DNA from: Chiloscyllium plagiosum
Lineage: Eukaryota
NCBI RefSeq assembly: GCF_004010195.1
Contig: NC_057749.1
Coordinates: 11,389,540 to 11,453,539 of the forward strand
Length of the DNA: 64,000 bases
Direction of reading: 5' to 3'
The notes under the pieces are model-generated. The model was not told the DNA's origin. It searched no databases and saw only the letters and a list, made by a program, of their open reading frames with translations. The position numbers were made by a program, and so were the translations under genes. This document shows positions 25,530 through 37,348 of the stretch, piece by piece (positions within the stretch are counted from its first letter, which is position 1; each line of letters opens with the position of its first letter).

Positions 25530-27470
25530 GAACATAGAAGATTACAGCGCAGTACAGGTCCTTTAGCTCTTGATGTTGCGCCGACCTGTGAAACCAATCT
25601 GAAGCGCATCTAACATACACTATTCCATTTTCATCCATATGTTCATCCAATGACCATTTAAATGCCCTTAAAAGGTGGGTGGCACGGTGGTTAGCACTGT
25701 TGCCTCACAGTGCCAGAGACCCGGGTTCAATTCCCGACTCAGGCGACTGACTGTGTGGAGTTTGCACGTTCTCCCCGTGTCTGCGTGGATTTCCTCCAGG
25801 TGCTCCGGTTTCCTCCCACAGTCCAAAGATGTGCAGGTCAGGTGAATTGGCTATGCTAAATTGGCCGTAGTGTGAGGTAAGGGGTAAATGTAGGGGTATG
25901 GGTGGGTTGCGCTTCGGCGTGTCGGTGTGGACTTGTTGGGCCGAAGGGCCTGTTTCCACACTGTAATGTAATGTAATCTAATCTAAAAGTTGGCAAGTCT
26001 ACTGTTGCAGGCAGGATATTCCATGCTCCTACTACTCTGAGTAAAGAAACTACCTCTGACATCTGTCCTTTATCTATCACCGCTCAATTTAAAGCTATGT
26101 CCCCTCGTGCCAGCCATCATTATCCGAGAAAAAAGGTTCTCACTGTCCACCCTAACACTCTGATTATCTTATATGTTTCAATTAAGTCACCTCTCAACCT
26201 TCTTCTCTCTAACAAAAACAGTCTCAAGTCCCTCAGCTTTTCCTGCATACTCGGCAACATCCTAGTAAATCTCCTCTGAATCCTTGACAAAGCTTTCACA
26301 TCCTTTCAGAACTGTACGCAATACTCCAGGTGCGGCTGCACTAAAGTTTTGTATAGTTGCAACATGACCTCTTGGCTCCGAAACTCAATCCCTCTACCAA
26401 TAAAAGCTAACACACCATATGCCCTCTTAACTACCCTATCAACGTGAATGGCAACTTCCAGGGATCTAAGTAAATGGACACTGAGATCTGTCTGCTCATC
26501 TACATTACCAAGAATCTTACCATTAGCCCAATACTCTTTATTCCTGTTGCTCCTTCCAAAGTGAATCACTTCACACTTTTCCGCATTAAACTCTATTTGC
26601 TACCTCTCAGCCCAGCTCTGCAGCTTATCTGTGTCCCTCTGTAACTTGCAACATCCTTCAGCACTATCCACAACTCCACCAACCTTAGTGTCATCTGCAA
26701 ATTTACTAACCCATTCTTCTACGTCCTCTCCTAGGTCATTTATAAAAATGACAAACAGCAGTGGCCCTAAAACAGATCCTTGTGGTACACCACTAGTAAC
26801 TGGACTCCAGATGAACATTTCCCAGCAACCACTAACCTCTGTCTTCTTTCAGCTAGCCAATTTCTGATCCAAACTACTGAATCACCTCAATCCCATGCCT
26901 CTGTATTTTATACAATAGCCTACTATGAGGAACCTAATCAAACTCCTTACTGAAGTCCATATACACCACATCAACTGCTTTACCCTCATCCAACTGTTTG
27001 GTCACCTTCTCAAAAAACTCATTAAGGTTGTGAGGCATAACCTACCCTTCAGAAAACCGTGTTGACGATCCCTAATCAACTTATTCCTTTCTAAACGATT
27101 ATAAATTCTAAGACTTTTTCTAACACTTTATCCACAACTGAAGTACGGCTCACTGGTCTATAATTACCTGGGTTGTCTCTACTCCCCTTCTTGAACAAGG
27201 GGACAACATTTGCTATCCTCCAATCTTCTGGCATTATTCCTGTACACAATGATAACATAAAGATCAAAGTCAAAGGCTTGCAATCTCCACCCTGGCTTCC
27301 CAGAGAATCCTAGGATGTATCCCATCCAGCACAGGGGACTTATCTATTTTCACACTTTCCAGAATTGCTAAAACCTCCTCCTTGATAATCTCAATCCTGT
27401 CTAGTGTGGTAGCCTGTATCTCAGTATTCTCCTCGACAACATTGTCCTTTTCCAGTGTGAATACTGAATT
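25530..27470 (-). mobile_element. CR1 LINE RT and 3' end
   Basis: [46 protein letters not shown]. Confidence 0.93.
25674..25985 (+). mobile_element. HE1/V-SINE, young subfamily
   Basis: Head, V-domain and TAATC tail. Interrupts CR1 at an A-run. Confidence 0.95.
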
Positions 27471-27599
27471 TGAATTTTGAAAAAAAAAATCGTTTTTCTG
27501 AAAAAGTCCCAAATTGAAAGATTGTGAACCAGACAGCTCTGTTAAAGAAAGAAGGAAGATAGGAAGCTGCAGGCCAGTCAGCTGTCATAGAGAACATGG

Positions 27600-28390
27600 C
27601 AGAGTCTCATAGAAGTGGTAGTGAAACAATTTGATAAAATGCTGAAGGAGAGAATTAATCTCTACTTATAGAGGCAAGATTTGATCAGGGATAGCCAGCA
27701 TGGCTTTGTCAAATATGTTATCCTAGAAGAGATGGAAATGTGTTGCTGGAGAAGCGCAGCAGGTCAGGCAGCATCTAGGGAACAGGAGAATCGACGTTTC
27801 GGGCATTAGCCCTTCTTCACGCGCTGACTTACCGCGGGGGGAGGTGGGAAAGTGTTCCCCTCGCGCGGGGGTGTGGGGGAAAGAGTATCCGCCCTGATTG
27901 ACGTTGGTGGGGTGAGGCCGGGGCCTCTGTCCCTGTGCTGCGGCTTCGGGCTAATGCCCGAAACGTCGATTCTCCTGCTCCCTGGATGCTGCCTGACCTG
28001 CTGCGCTTCTCCAGTAACACATTTCCATCTCTGATGTCCAGCATCTGCAGACCTCACTTTCTCTTCATGTTATCCTAGAAATTTGATTGAATGTTTTGGG
28101 GAGGTGACCAGGTGTGAAGATGAGGATAATACAGTAGATGTAGTTGTGGAGATGTGGAAGTGCTAGTAATAAGTAAGGTTGCGGATGACACAAAGGTTGG
28201 TTGGCCGGTGGTTGACAGTGCAGAAGAAGGTCTTAGGTCACAAAAGGAGGACATAAATGGATTGCTCAGATGGAATTTAACGCTGATAAATGTGAAATGA
28301 GGCTTTTTGCAAGCAGTAAGAAAACAATGAATGATAGGATTCTCGGAAGCTCAGAGGATTCACGGGGTGTATGTTCACAATCCCTGGAGA
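27600..28390 (+). mobile_element. Degraded CR1 RT fragment (host of the chimeric insert)
   Basis: LIRDSQHGFV, KVADDTKVG, MEFNADKCE. Confidence 0.75.
27729..28066. mobile_element. Chimeric Penelope insertion: inverted arms enclosing a captured promoter segment
   Basis: Perfect 14-bp TSD atgttatcctagaa (27715-27728 / 28067-28080). 27816-27952 is the reverse complement of 28473-28609. Confidence 0.95.
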
Positions 28391-28399
28391 TAGAACTCG

Positions 28400-29060
28400 G
28401 AGGTGAAGCAGGAGACCGAGCCCGGAACTCCATTACCGATTTAGGAGTTTTAATCCCGAAATTACATACCCGAGCCCGAAGCCGCAGCACAGGGACAGAG
28501 GCCCCGGCCTCACCCCACCAACGTCAATCAGGGCGGTTACTCTTTCCCCCACACCCCCGCGCGAGGGGAACACTTTCCCACCTCCCCCCGCGGTAAGTCA
28601 GCGCGTGAACACTACCCCGCCCCTCTCCGCCGTCAATCAGCGCGGGGGGAATACTTTCCCACCTCCCCCCGCGGTAAATCAGCGCGGGGACACTGGCCCC
28701 GCCCCGTCCCCACCGCCTTCAATCAGCGTGGGGCGTGACCAGATGACGGGCCGGGAGCGCTCCTATTGGTCAGTGCCGGGAGCCTCGCGGCCTTGTTGTT
28801 TTGTGCCCGTGGAACCGGCCGCCGGAGTTCGAGAGGATAGCAGTTTGGAGCCTAGTAGACACGGGGATTGTCCCAGCTGAGTGGCTCTTTCACTATCGCA
28901 CAAGGATGCCCGCCTGCAGTCTGTGAGCCGGAGCAGCATTGCTGACCGAGGCCAGCATTCGTGCTTTTCCCTTAGAGAACTGCGAAAACAAGATGTCCGC
29001 CCGGGCGGCCGGAGTAGTGGGCAAGGTATGGGGTGGGGGGCGAGGGTGGCGTGTGAGGGG
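28400..29060 (+). promoter_or_regulatory. CpG-island promoter and 5' UTR
   Basis: Only extended non-transposon CpG-rich stretch in a CpG-depleted window. GC boxes (ccccgcccc), ATTGG at 28765, repeated caatcag motifs. Weaker CpG enrichment continues to ~29550. Confidence 0.9.
28993..29025 (+). CDS. TJP1: First coding exon MSARAAGVVGK, probably tight junction protein ZO-1
   Basis: ACAAGATGTCCGCC start, 11 codons, phase-0 donor AAG|gtatgg. Matches my recollection of the vertebrate TJP1 exon 1 (MSARAAAAK, then STAMEETAIWEQH). The match is short and exon 2 was not found in the window. Confidence 0.7.
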
Positions 29061-29252
29061 AAGAGAGAGAGAGAGAGCGAGAGGAGGGGGGAGGAAAGAG
29101 GTAGGAGGAGATTGGTTAGGAGAAAGACAGAGGGAGATTTGTGGGAGTGGAAGGGATCGGGGAGGAAAGTGGGAGAGAGATGGGGAAAAGTTAGTGGAAG
29201 TGAGTGTAGTTGGTTGGGGGAGTTGGAAGTGAGGAGGTCAGTGAAAGGAGAG
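29056..29252 (+). repeat. Purine-rich (GA/GGA) low-complexity tract at the start of intron 1
   Basis: (GA)n followed by G/A-rich sequence. Confidence 0.8.
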
Positions 29253-30532
29253 TGATGGTGAGTCCCTGTCGACGCGACAGGTACTGGGTTGTTCCCACCG
29301 GGCTCTGGCGGAATCCTGCTCTGACACTGGAGGAGTTTATGGTTGAGGGAAAGTCTGGGGAATGGGGTGCAGTTTAGCGGAGGGTACGCCAGGGACACGG
29401 CCACTTTGGTCAGGCTGTACAACGGGGTGGACCAATGATAAGGGAATTGAGATGCATTAACTGCAACTTAACTCCGGGTCGAGTTTCTTGTCATCTCTCG
29501 TTTACTGCTCTCAACGTCGAATGATATTGCTGGGTCCAGGTATCGCCAATGTAATGGTTTACAAATGTTCACTTTGCTGCTTGAACTTAAATAGTCTTTC
29601 CGGATGTTTTAGAGGTCAGTGATGTTTAGTAAGTTGGCTTCTTATTTGTAGGAAGGCGTTTGGACAGGGCACCATTGTCCTCTAGTGAGGTCTGGTTTCA
29701 CTTCGATGATGAAACTTTATGGTATGCGCTAGAGGAGAAAGGGTGCAACAAATATTTCTGCTGCTACCTAAGTCGTCATGAAACTAGTAGTCGATGTATT
29801 GAGTTTCCATCAAGATGTGGCTACAAAAGCACATATCTAAGCTAGTTTGTATTTGTACTGTGCGTACCTTGAATTGAACTCGATGACAGCTGAACACAAT
29901 TTTGCTGGTGCTATCTTTTTATTAAACTCAACAAATGTCTTTAAGTGCTCAGATCTTGCATGGTCAATACATTCTTAGTAATTCCATTTTGAACTGGAAA
30001 AGTATAGTCTCCGTAGGAAAGTAATCAAACTTTGTTTAACTGACTTGAAGGATTGATTTGAGCTCAGTATTTTAGGAGTGAACGGTTATAGTTAAGTCTG
30101 ATACTTCTTGTTAAGTTTCTGTGTTTGCAGATTCTTTTCGCGAGGTGGGAGCATGTGAAAATTGATCGTTCTGCACAGATAGGCAGTGGAAAATAAACAC
30201 ATGCCTTTGTTCCATGTGCATCAACTGACACTTCTATAACATTCTTTAAGATGGTACTGTACAAACAAAGAGAGATCTTGAATTGAAAATAGGGAGAGAT
30301 ATGGCAATAAAAGCCAAGTGTTGGATAAATTCGGGTTTTGACAGCATCTGTGGTTTGAGAAACCCAAGTTCATGTTTCAAGTTGATAGGTCTCTTCTGAA
30401 TGAATGCTCTAACATTCACAATACTTAGCTTTTATTTGAGAGATGTAACCATATTGAAGAATTTTGGAAAATGTGATGGATGAAGAGCACAGCAGACTTG
30501 AGTTGCCGAAGTGGGTGGCATAAGCTGAGACT

Positions 30533-32352
30533 TAGAGTCATAGAGATGTCCAGGATGGAAACAGACCCTTTGGTCTAACTCGTCTGTGCTGACCAGATAT
30601 CCTAATCTAGTCCCATTTGCTAGTACTTCGTCCATATCCCTCTAAAACCTTCCTATTCATGTAGCTATCCAGATGCCTTTTAAATGTTGTAATTGAACCA
30701 GCCTCCACCATTTCCTCTGGCAGCTCATTCCATACATGCACCACCCTCTGCGTGAAAAAAATGCCCCTTGGGTTCTCTTTATATCTTCCCCTCTCACCCT
30801 AAACCTATGCCCTCTAGTTCCGGACTCCCCCACCCCAGGGAAAATACCTTGTCTATTTATCCTATCTGTGCCCTCCATGATTTATAAACTTCTATAAGGT
30901 CACCCCTCAGCCTCTGACACTCCAGGGAATACACCCCCAGCCTATTCAGCCTCTCCCAATAGCTCAGATCCTCCAACCCTGGCAAAATCCTTTCTGAACC
31001 CTTTCAAGTTTTATATCCGGCAGGAAGGAAACCAGAGTTGCACACAATATTCCAAAAATGACCTACCCGATGTCCTGTACAGCCGCAGCATGACCTCCCA
31101 ACTCTTATACTCAATGCTCTGACTGAAAAAGGAAAGCATGCCAAACGCCGCCTTCACTATCCTATGTACCTGGGACTCCAGTTTCAAGGAGCTATGAACC
31201 TGCAGTCCAAGGTCTCTTTGTTCAGCAACACTCTCCAGGACCTAACCATTAAGTGTATAAGTCCTACTTTGATTTGCTTTTCCAAAATGCTTCATCTTGT
31301 ATTTATCGAAATTAAACTTCATCTGCTACTCCTCAGCCCGTTGGCCCACCTGATCAAAATCCTGCTGTACTCTGAGGTAACTTTTTTTGTTGCTGTCCAC
31401 TACACCTCCAATTTTGGTGTCATCTGCAAACTTAGATTAGATTACATTACAGTGTGGAAACAGGCCCTTCCGCCCAACAAGTCCACACCGACCCGCCGAA
31501 GCGCAACCCACCCATACCCCTACATTTACCCCATACCTAACACTACAGGCAATTTAGCATGGCCAATTCACCTGACCTGCACATCTTTGGACTGTGGTAG
31601 GAAACCGGAGCACCCAGAGGAAACCCACGCAGACACTGGGAGAACGTGCAAACTCCACAGAGTCAGTCGCCTGAGGCGGGAATTGAACCCGGGTCTCTGG
31701 CGCTGTGAGGCAGCAGTGCTAACCACTGTGCCACCGTGCCGCTTACTAACTATATTGCCTATGTTCACATCCAAATCACTTGTATAAATTACGAAAAGTA
31801 ATTAAACCAGCAGCGATCCTTGTGGCACTCCACTGGTAACAGGCCTTCAGTATGAAAAGCAGCTCTCCACCACCCCCCTCTGTCTTCTACCTTTGAGCCA
31901 GTCCTATATCCAAATGGCTAGTTCATCCTCTACTCCACTTGATCTAACCTTACTAACCGGTCTCATGAGGAATCTTGTCAGACGCCTTACTGAAGTCCCT
32001 ATAGATCACTTTGACAGCTCTGCTCTCATCAATCCTCTTTTATATCAACAAACTCAATTAAATTGTGAGACATTATTTCCCACGCACACAGCATGCTGAC
32101 TATCCTGTCCTTCAGGATTCTATCCAACAACTTGCCCACCACTGACATCAGGCTCACTGATCTACAATTCCCTGGCTTTTCCTTACCATCTTTTTTAAGT
32201 AGTGGAACCACATTAGTCAACCTCCAGTCATCTGGCATCTTGCCTGTGACTATTGATAGAAATATCTCCACAACGGGCCCAGCAATCACTTCCCTAGCTT
32301 CCCACAGAATTCTGAGGTACATCTGATCAAGTCTTGGGGATTTATCCAGCTT
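30533..32352 (-). mobile_element. CR1/HER1-like RT and 3' end
   Basis: LWEAREVIAGP, W.LTNVVPL.KK. Tail gactctatgactct. Confidence 0.92.
31432..31742 (-). mobile_element. HE1/V-SINE, young subfamily
   Basis: Full-length copy with ctta on both flanks. Confidence 0.95.
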
Positions 32353-33097
32353 TGAGAGTAACGTATTTTAAGGAAAAATATACTCGGTCACCAAGTCAGG
32401 AATAACTTGGCTGGTGCAGAGTGAACTTACATTGATTCTCCCCAGAATACATCTTTTGTTTTACTTGTTTCTCCTTCGAGTCCTAGAAGAATGCAGGTTT
32501 CCTGTTTTTGCTGTATGATGAGTCGCAACATTACAGTTTTGGACTGCCCACGAGAAACTAAGTTGAAGACTGCTGAGGTTAATTGCAATTAAAATCGGTG
32601 TAATTAATTGGAGAGGAGAGGCTTTGATTCAGTCTGGACAAGATAGCAAACCAAATAGATGTCTCACAGAATCTCAATTGTATTACATAGTTATTTAATT
32701 ATTTTTCAGCCTCCTGTCTGGTAGTGGTAAATGTGCCAAATTACTCTCTTTTTAATGTTGTCGATTTCAGGGAAGTCAGTTTTATGAACCTTTGCAACAC
32801 TGATCTCGAAACAATATATTTCAGCCCTTGTCCTTTAGGACTGATGCTTGCATTTGGGACTGATTGCATTCAGTAATTCTGGCAACCTCCTGTAAAACTG
32901 CATAGTCCCTACTTATGTGTCAAAGCTGAGTATAGTGAGTGAAACTGAGATTGTTTCAGTTTTTGGTGTCATTTCCTGTAATTGTTGAATTTTATAGTTT
33001 TACACAATGGCGACAACTGATTTTTATGCGGCTTCTAATGAAGGAAAACATTCCCAGACAAAACAAGGCAAGAACAAAGCAGGCGAAGTTAGTCAGA

Positions 33098-33722
33098 TAG
33101 TCATAGAATAAGACAACATGGAAACAGACCTTTCAGTCTAACTAGTCTACACTGACCATTTTCCAAGCTGAACTAGTCCCACTTGCATATGTTTGGTCTA
33201 TATCCCATTCATGTACTTATCTAAATGTTTTTTAACTGCTGTAATTGTATGACTTCCTCTGGTGGTTCGTTGCACATAATGCACTCTGCGTAAAAAATAA
33301 TATTGCCTTTTACATCCTTTTCTTATCTTAATAAAAAAAAGTCCTCCGGTTTTGAACTTGCCCAGCCAGGGGAAAAGACCCTTGCTGTTCCCCTTATGCC
33401 CCTATGGTTTTATAAACCTCTAGAAGGTCAACCCTCAACCTATTATGCTTCAGTGAAAAAGTCCCAGCCTATCCAGGTTATTTTTATAACTCGAACCCTC
33501 CATTCCTGGCAATATCCTGGTGAATCTTTTCTGAACTTTCTCCAGTTTTATAACATCCTTGCAGGGCAACCAGAATTGCACACAGTACTCCAGAAGAGGC
33601 CTCACCAATGTCCTGTAACAACCTCAACATGATGTCCTGACTGCTATGCTCAAAGATCTGAGCAATTGACAAGTGTGTTAAATGCCTGAACCATCCTGCC
33701 GATCTGTGACACAAATTTCAAA
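33098..33722 (-). mobile_element. CR1 3' fragment
   Basis: Similar to the 4054-4900 region (atggaaacagacctttcagtc...). Confidence 0.85.
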
Positions 33723-33799
33723 CCAGTAGCTTTGTCAAAAAAAGTGAATTTTATGGAGGTCCTTCACAAGCAATGCGTTGCGGCAGAGGAGTTTGAGAA

Positions 33800-34540
33800 T
33801 TCCAGAAGGGTCTTGGCCAGTTCTTTTGGCATCAGCATGCGCTGAAGAGAGTACACCTAAGGTCAAAGTCAGTGGCATGGAATATTTCATAGGGAAAGTA
33901 GATAAGAGGGCTTGCAGAGACTGGAACTGTGAAGCAATCACAGGAATCAAATTCTAGCTTTGGGGTTATAGTATCCAGGAGTCGATGTTGGCAGCTATGT
34001 TTTGAACAAGGTGAATTTAATATTTTACAAGAGTAGAGGATGAAAAGCCAGACAGCTGAGCCTTGGAATAGTAAAATTTGGATGCAATAAATCAGGACCT
34101 CAGCTGCAGATAAATGCAGTCTGTGTTAAGAATGCATGAAATTATGGTGATAAAAGTAAGTGTCTTTGTGATGGAGAGAATATGGTGGTAGTGGAGAGAT
34201 TAAGAGAATTGGAACTGGCTGTGATTTGACCTCATTTGTGGATGATCTTACCAAGTAGTAGCATGCAAGGTGGAGAGGCACCTAGAACAAATGTCCACTG
34301 GCTCAGGAAGTCATGGGATCATGGGCAAAATGGTCAGCGAAAGATTATCTGCCTAACAGCTGATGTGAGGCAAAGAAGCTAAATGGGGAAAGTTGAACTT
34401 TAGGTAATGATATCAAAGGCTGCAGAAAAGCAGTTGTGGGGTCAAGAATGAGGGTCATGAGTAGCGTCCAAAGTGATGGCTTTAGGGAGGTTTAAATCTT
34501 AGAACAAATTGAAGTGAGATAAACCTAGAGTGAAGTTGTA
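33800..34540 (-). mobile_element. Degraded L2-like LINE fragment
   Basis: Faint resemblance to L2 RT and 3' coding. No clean motif. Confidence 0.35.
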
Positions 34541-35539
34541 AGCATTACCTTACTCTGAAATATAAAGCAAATTGAGTTCTTTTTGTTCATTGGAGAGAAT
34601 GGGGTTAAAGGAGATGCTCAATAGTGAAGATAACCTGCATGTTATCTTTGCTCCCCGGTATAATTTATGAGAGGGGGAGATTTAAATCATAATCTGTTGA
34701 GATAGCATAATACTGCAAATGCTGGAGATATAAAATGAAAGCAGAAGATACTGGAAATAGTCAGCAGGCAAGGCAGCAATAGTGGAAACAGTTGACTGAC
34801 TTGTTGAGAAGTCACAGACATGAAACATCAGTGAGATAGATGCTAAATGCCTTGCTGTGTATTTCTTCAACATTTACTGTTTTTATTATCACTTGAAATC
34901 TGTTGATGTATAGGTTAATAGTTTCTCTGCCAGAAAGCTGAAGTTTGTGCCCCTTAACTTTCAGTCACCTAAGATGCGGGCTGTACTCTGAATTGACCAA
35001 ATGGTCAATGGAGATGATGAATGATGAATGGAGAACAAAAGTTTATTGGTTGGAATTTAGAAAGTGCAGTTGTAGTGATTTGTTGGAAGGATTTTGAAAA
35101 TGTTTAGCGGAAGCATTTGCAATCAAAACAGTTTTCTGCTGAGTAAACTGTTTTGTGCAATGAATGTTGCAACTACTTTAAAGGTCAAAATTATTTTGTG
35201 CCTTCGTGTTTGTTTGAATTTCTAACTCTTGAATTCTACTGTATGGAAATATATAATTATTCCAAATGCGTAATTAGATATTTCAAATGATCTGCTCTAC
35301 ATCAACCTGTCTCTCAAGACAATGAAATAAAGCTCTGGCATTGGGTGTTAATGCTGTTAATATTATCAGTGTGTGCCTGGAAATGGAAGCAAACACCAAC
35401 TCCAATAAAGGGACCAAAACTGAGGTGTGATCTCACCAATATTTGAATAACTAAAGCATAATATTGTGTATATTCATATGTAATTAGTTTTTAAAGGTTT
35501 TGTCACAGTGAACACCTCCACACTTTCTCACCTCGTTGA

Positions 35540-36740
35540 AACATAGAAAATATGAGTTCAAGTAGGCCTTTCAGCCCATCGACTCTGCCATTCAATGAGA
35601 TCACAACTGATCTGATAATCATGATGTGGAGGTGCAGGTGTTGGACTAGGGTGGACAAATTCAGATGTCACGTGACACCAGGTTATAGTCCAACAGGTTT
35701 ATTTGAAAATACAAGCTTTTGGAGCGCTGCTCCTATGTCAGGTAGTTAGTGCCACAGTCTGACTCCAGACTGGAACAAGGCAGACTCTAACTTGGCATTT
35801 AATGCATTGAACTGAGTTGTCACCTTTTGGTTTTTATACTGATAAAACCTTAAGTTATCTTGGGCAGTAAATTCTAGGGTTTACATATTAATCAATCAAA
35901 ACCTGCATCACTGTTCTAAGTGATTACAGACTTAACAGCCATCTAGGTTTGTCTAATACATCGCCTTAGTTGTATGACACTGATCTTTCTCATACATTCT
36001 GTGCCCCGTGTATCCTGCCCCACTAGCTACCTATGAAGGATCTGTTTTCAAATAGATCTAATAATCCTCAACTCCACATTCCTGCCTTCTACCCATAACC
36101 CTTGATTCATTTTACTGATTAACAATGTCTATCTCAGCCTTGAATATTTGTAATGACCTAGCCTTGGCAGCTCTTTGTGGGAAAGATTTCAATAGGTTTA
36201 TTACCTACTGAGAGAATTAACTCTTGTGAATTAAGTGAGTGACCCTGTTTTCTGAGGATAGTCCCTTGGGTCCTAGACTCTCCCACAAGGGAAAACTGCC
36301 CCTTCACATAGAGTCATAGAGATGTACAGCATTGGAAACAGATCCTTCAAGTCATCTTAATGGTATATGTTTCAATAAGTTCACCCCTCATTTGTCTAAA
36401 GTCCAATGAGTATAGGTCCAACCTAATTCACCTGTCCTCATAAGAAAATCCCTCCCTACATAGAATCAACCTTGTGAACCTTGTCTGGACTGTATAAATT
36501 GCAAATATATCTTTCCTAAGATAAGGGGACCAATCTGTTCACTGCATTACGTGCAAAGCTTTTATGGTAGATTTTTATGATTCATGCACAGGAGATGCTT
36601 TTTTTTTGCAGTTGTTCTCCATTTAAGTAGTAATCAGCTCCTCCAATCTTTCCTCCAGAATGCATTATACAATTTTTCAAAATTATATTCCATCTGCCAC
36701 GTTTTGCTCATTCACTTAAACTATGTTCTTTGGCAAATTC
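35540..36740 (-). mobile_element. CR1 3' part interrupted by Penelope
   Basis: Tail aacatagaaaatatgag...gtaggcc...cagcccatcga. Resumes after 36055. Confidence 0.8.
35621..36054 (-). mobile_element. Penelope (third family) with a short inverted end
   Basis: TSD gatct[g/a]ataatc (35609-35620 / 36055-36066). Hammerhead-like motif near 35713-35741 on minus. Confidence 0.75.
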
Positions 36741-36743
36741 TCA

Positions 36744-37100
36744 GGGCGGCAAGGCAGCTGAGTGGTTAGCATTGCTGCCTCACAGCACCAAGTACCCGGT
36801 TTCAATTCCTGCCTTGGGTGAATGTCTATCTGTGTGGAGTTTGCACGTTCCCCCTGTGTCTGCGTGGGTTTCTTCTGGGTGCTCTGGTTTTCTCCCACAA
36901 TCAAAAGACGTGCAGGTGAGGTGAATTGGCCGAGCTAAATTTGCCCATAGTTTTCAGGGCTGTGGAGGTAAGTTGTATTGGTCAGGAGTAAATATATGAT
37001 AATAGGGTAGTGGAGTGAGTCTGGGTGGGATACTCTTCGGAGGGTAGGTGTGGACTTGTTGGGCCAAGTGGCCTGTTTCCACACTGTAGGGATTCTGATT
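36744..37100 (+). mobile_element. HE1/V-SINE, older variant
   Basis: Head, V-domain, 3' end ggcctgtttccacactgtagggattct. Confidence 0.9.
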
Positions 37101-37348
37101 CTGTTAGACTCACTACTTGCTTTCTCACCTATTTTATGTTACCTACAAACCTGGCTACTGCTGTCAGTTGGGTTTTCTCAATCTACTGAAGATTCAAGTC
37201 AACCATGTACAGTTCTTTTTGCGTGTCGTCATTATCTTGTGGTTTATTCTTTCTGCTGTAATGCAGCTACTGTACCTATAGACTACTCCCACCAGTGTTG
37301 ACTTCCCTTGTTATTTCTTACCTCTGCTCATATGGATTCTATCTTTTC

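Noticed and set aside
27816..27952. Assembly artefact explanation for the promoter copy
   Set aside because: The perfect TSD, microhomology at both junctions and one diagnostic mismatch favour a real event, though reads are needed to exclude misassembly.
28763..29422. 219-aa minus-strand ORF and other ORFs over the CpG island
   Set aside because: Low-complexity products of GC- and GA-rich sequence with no recognisable domain.
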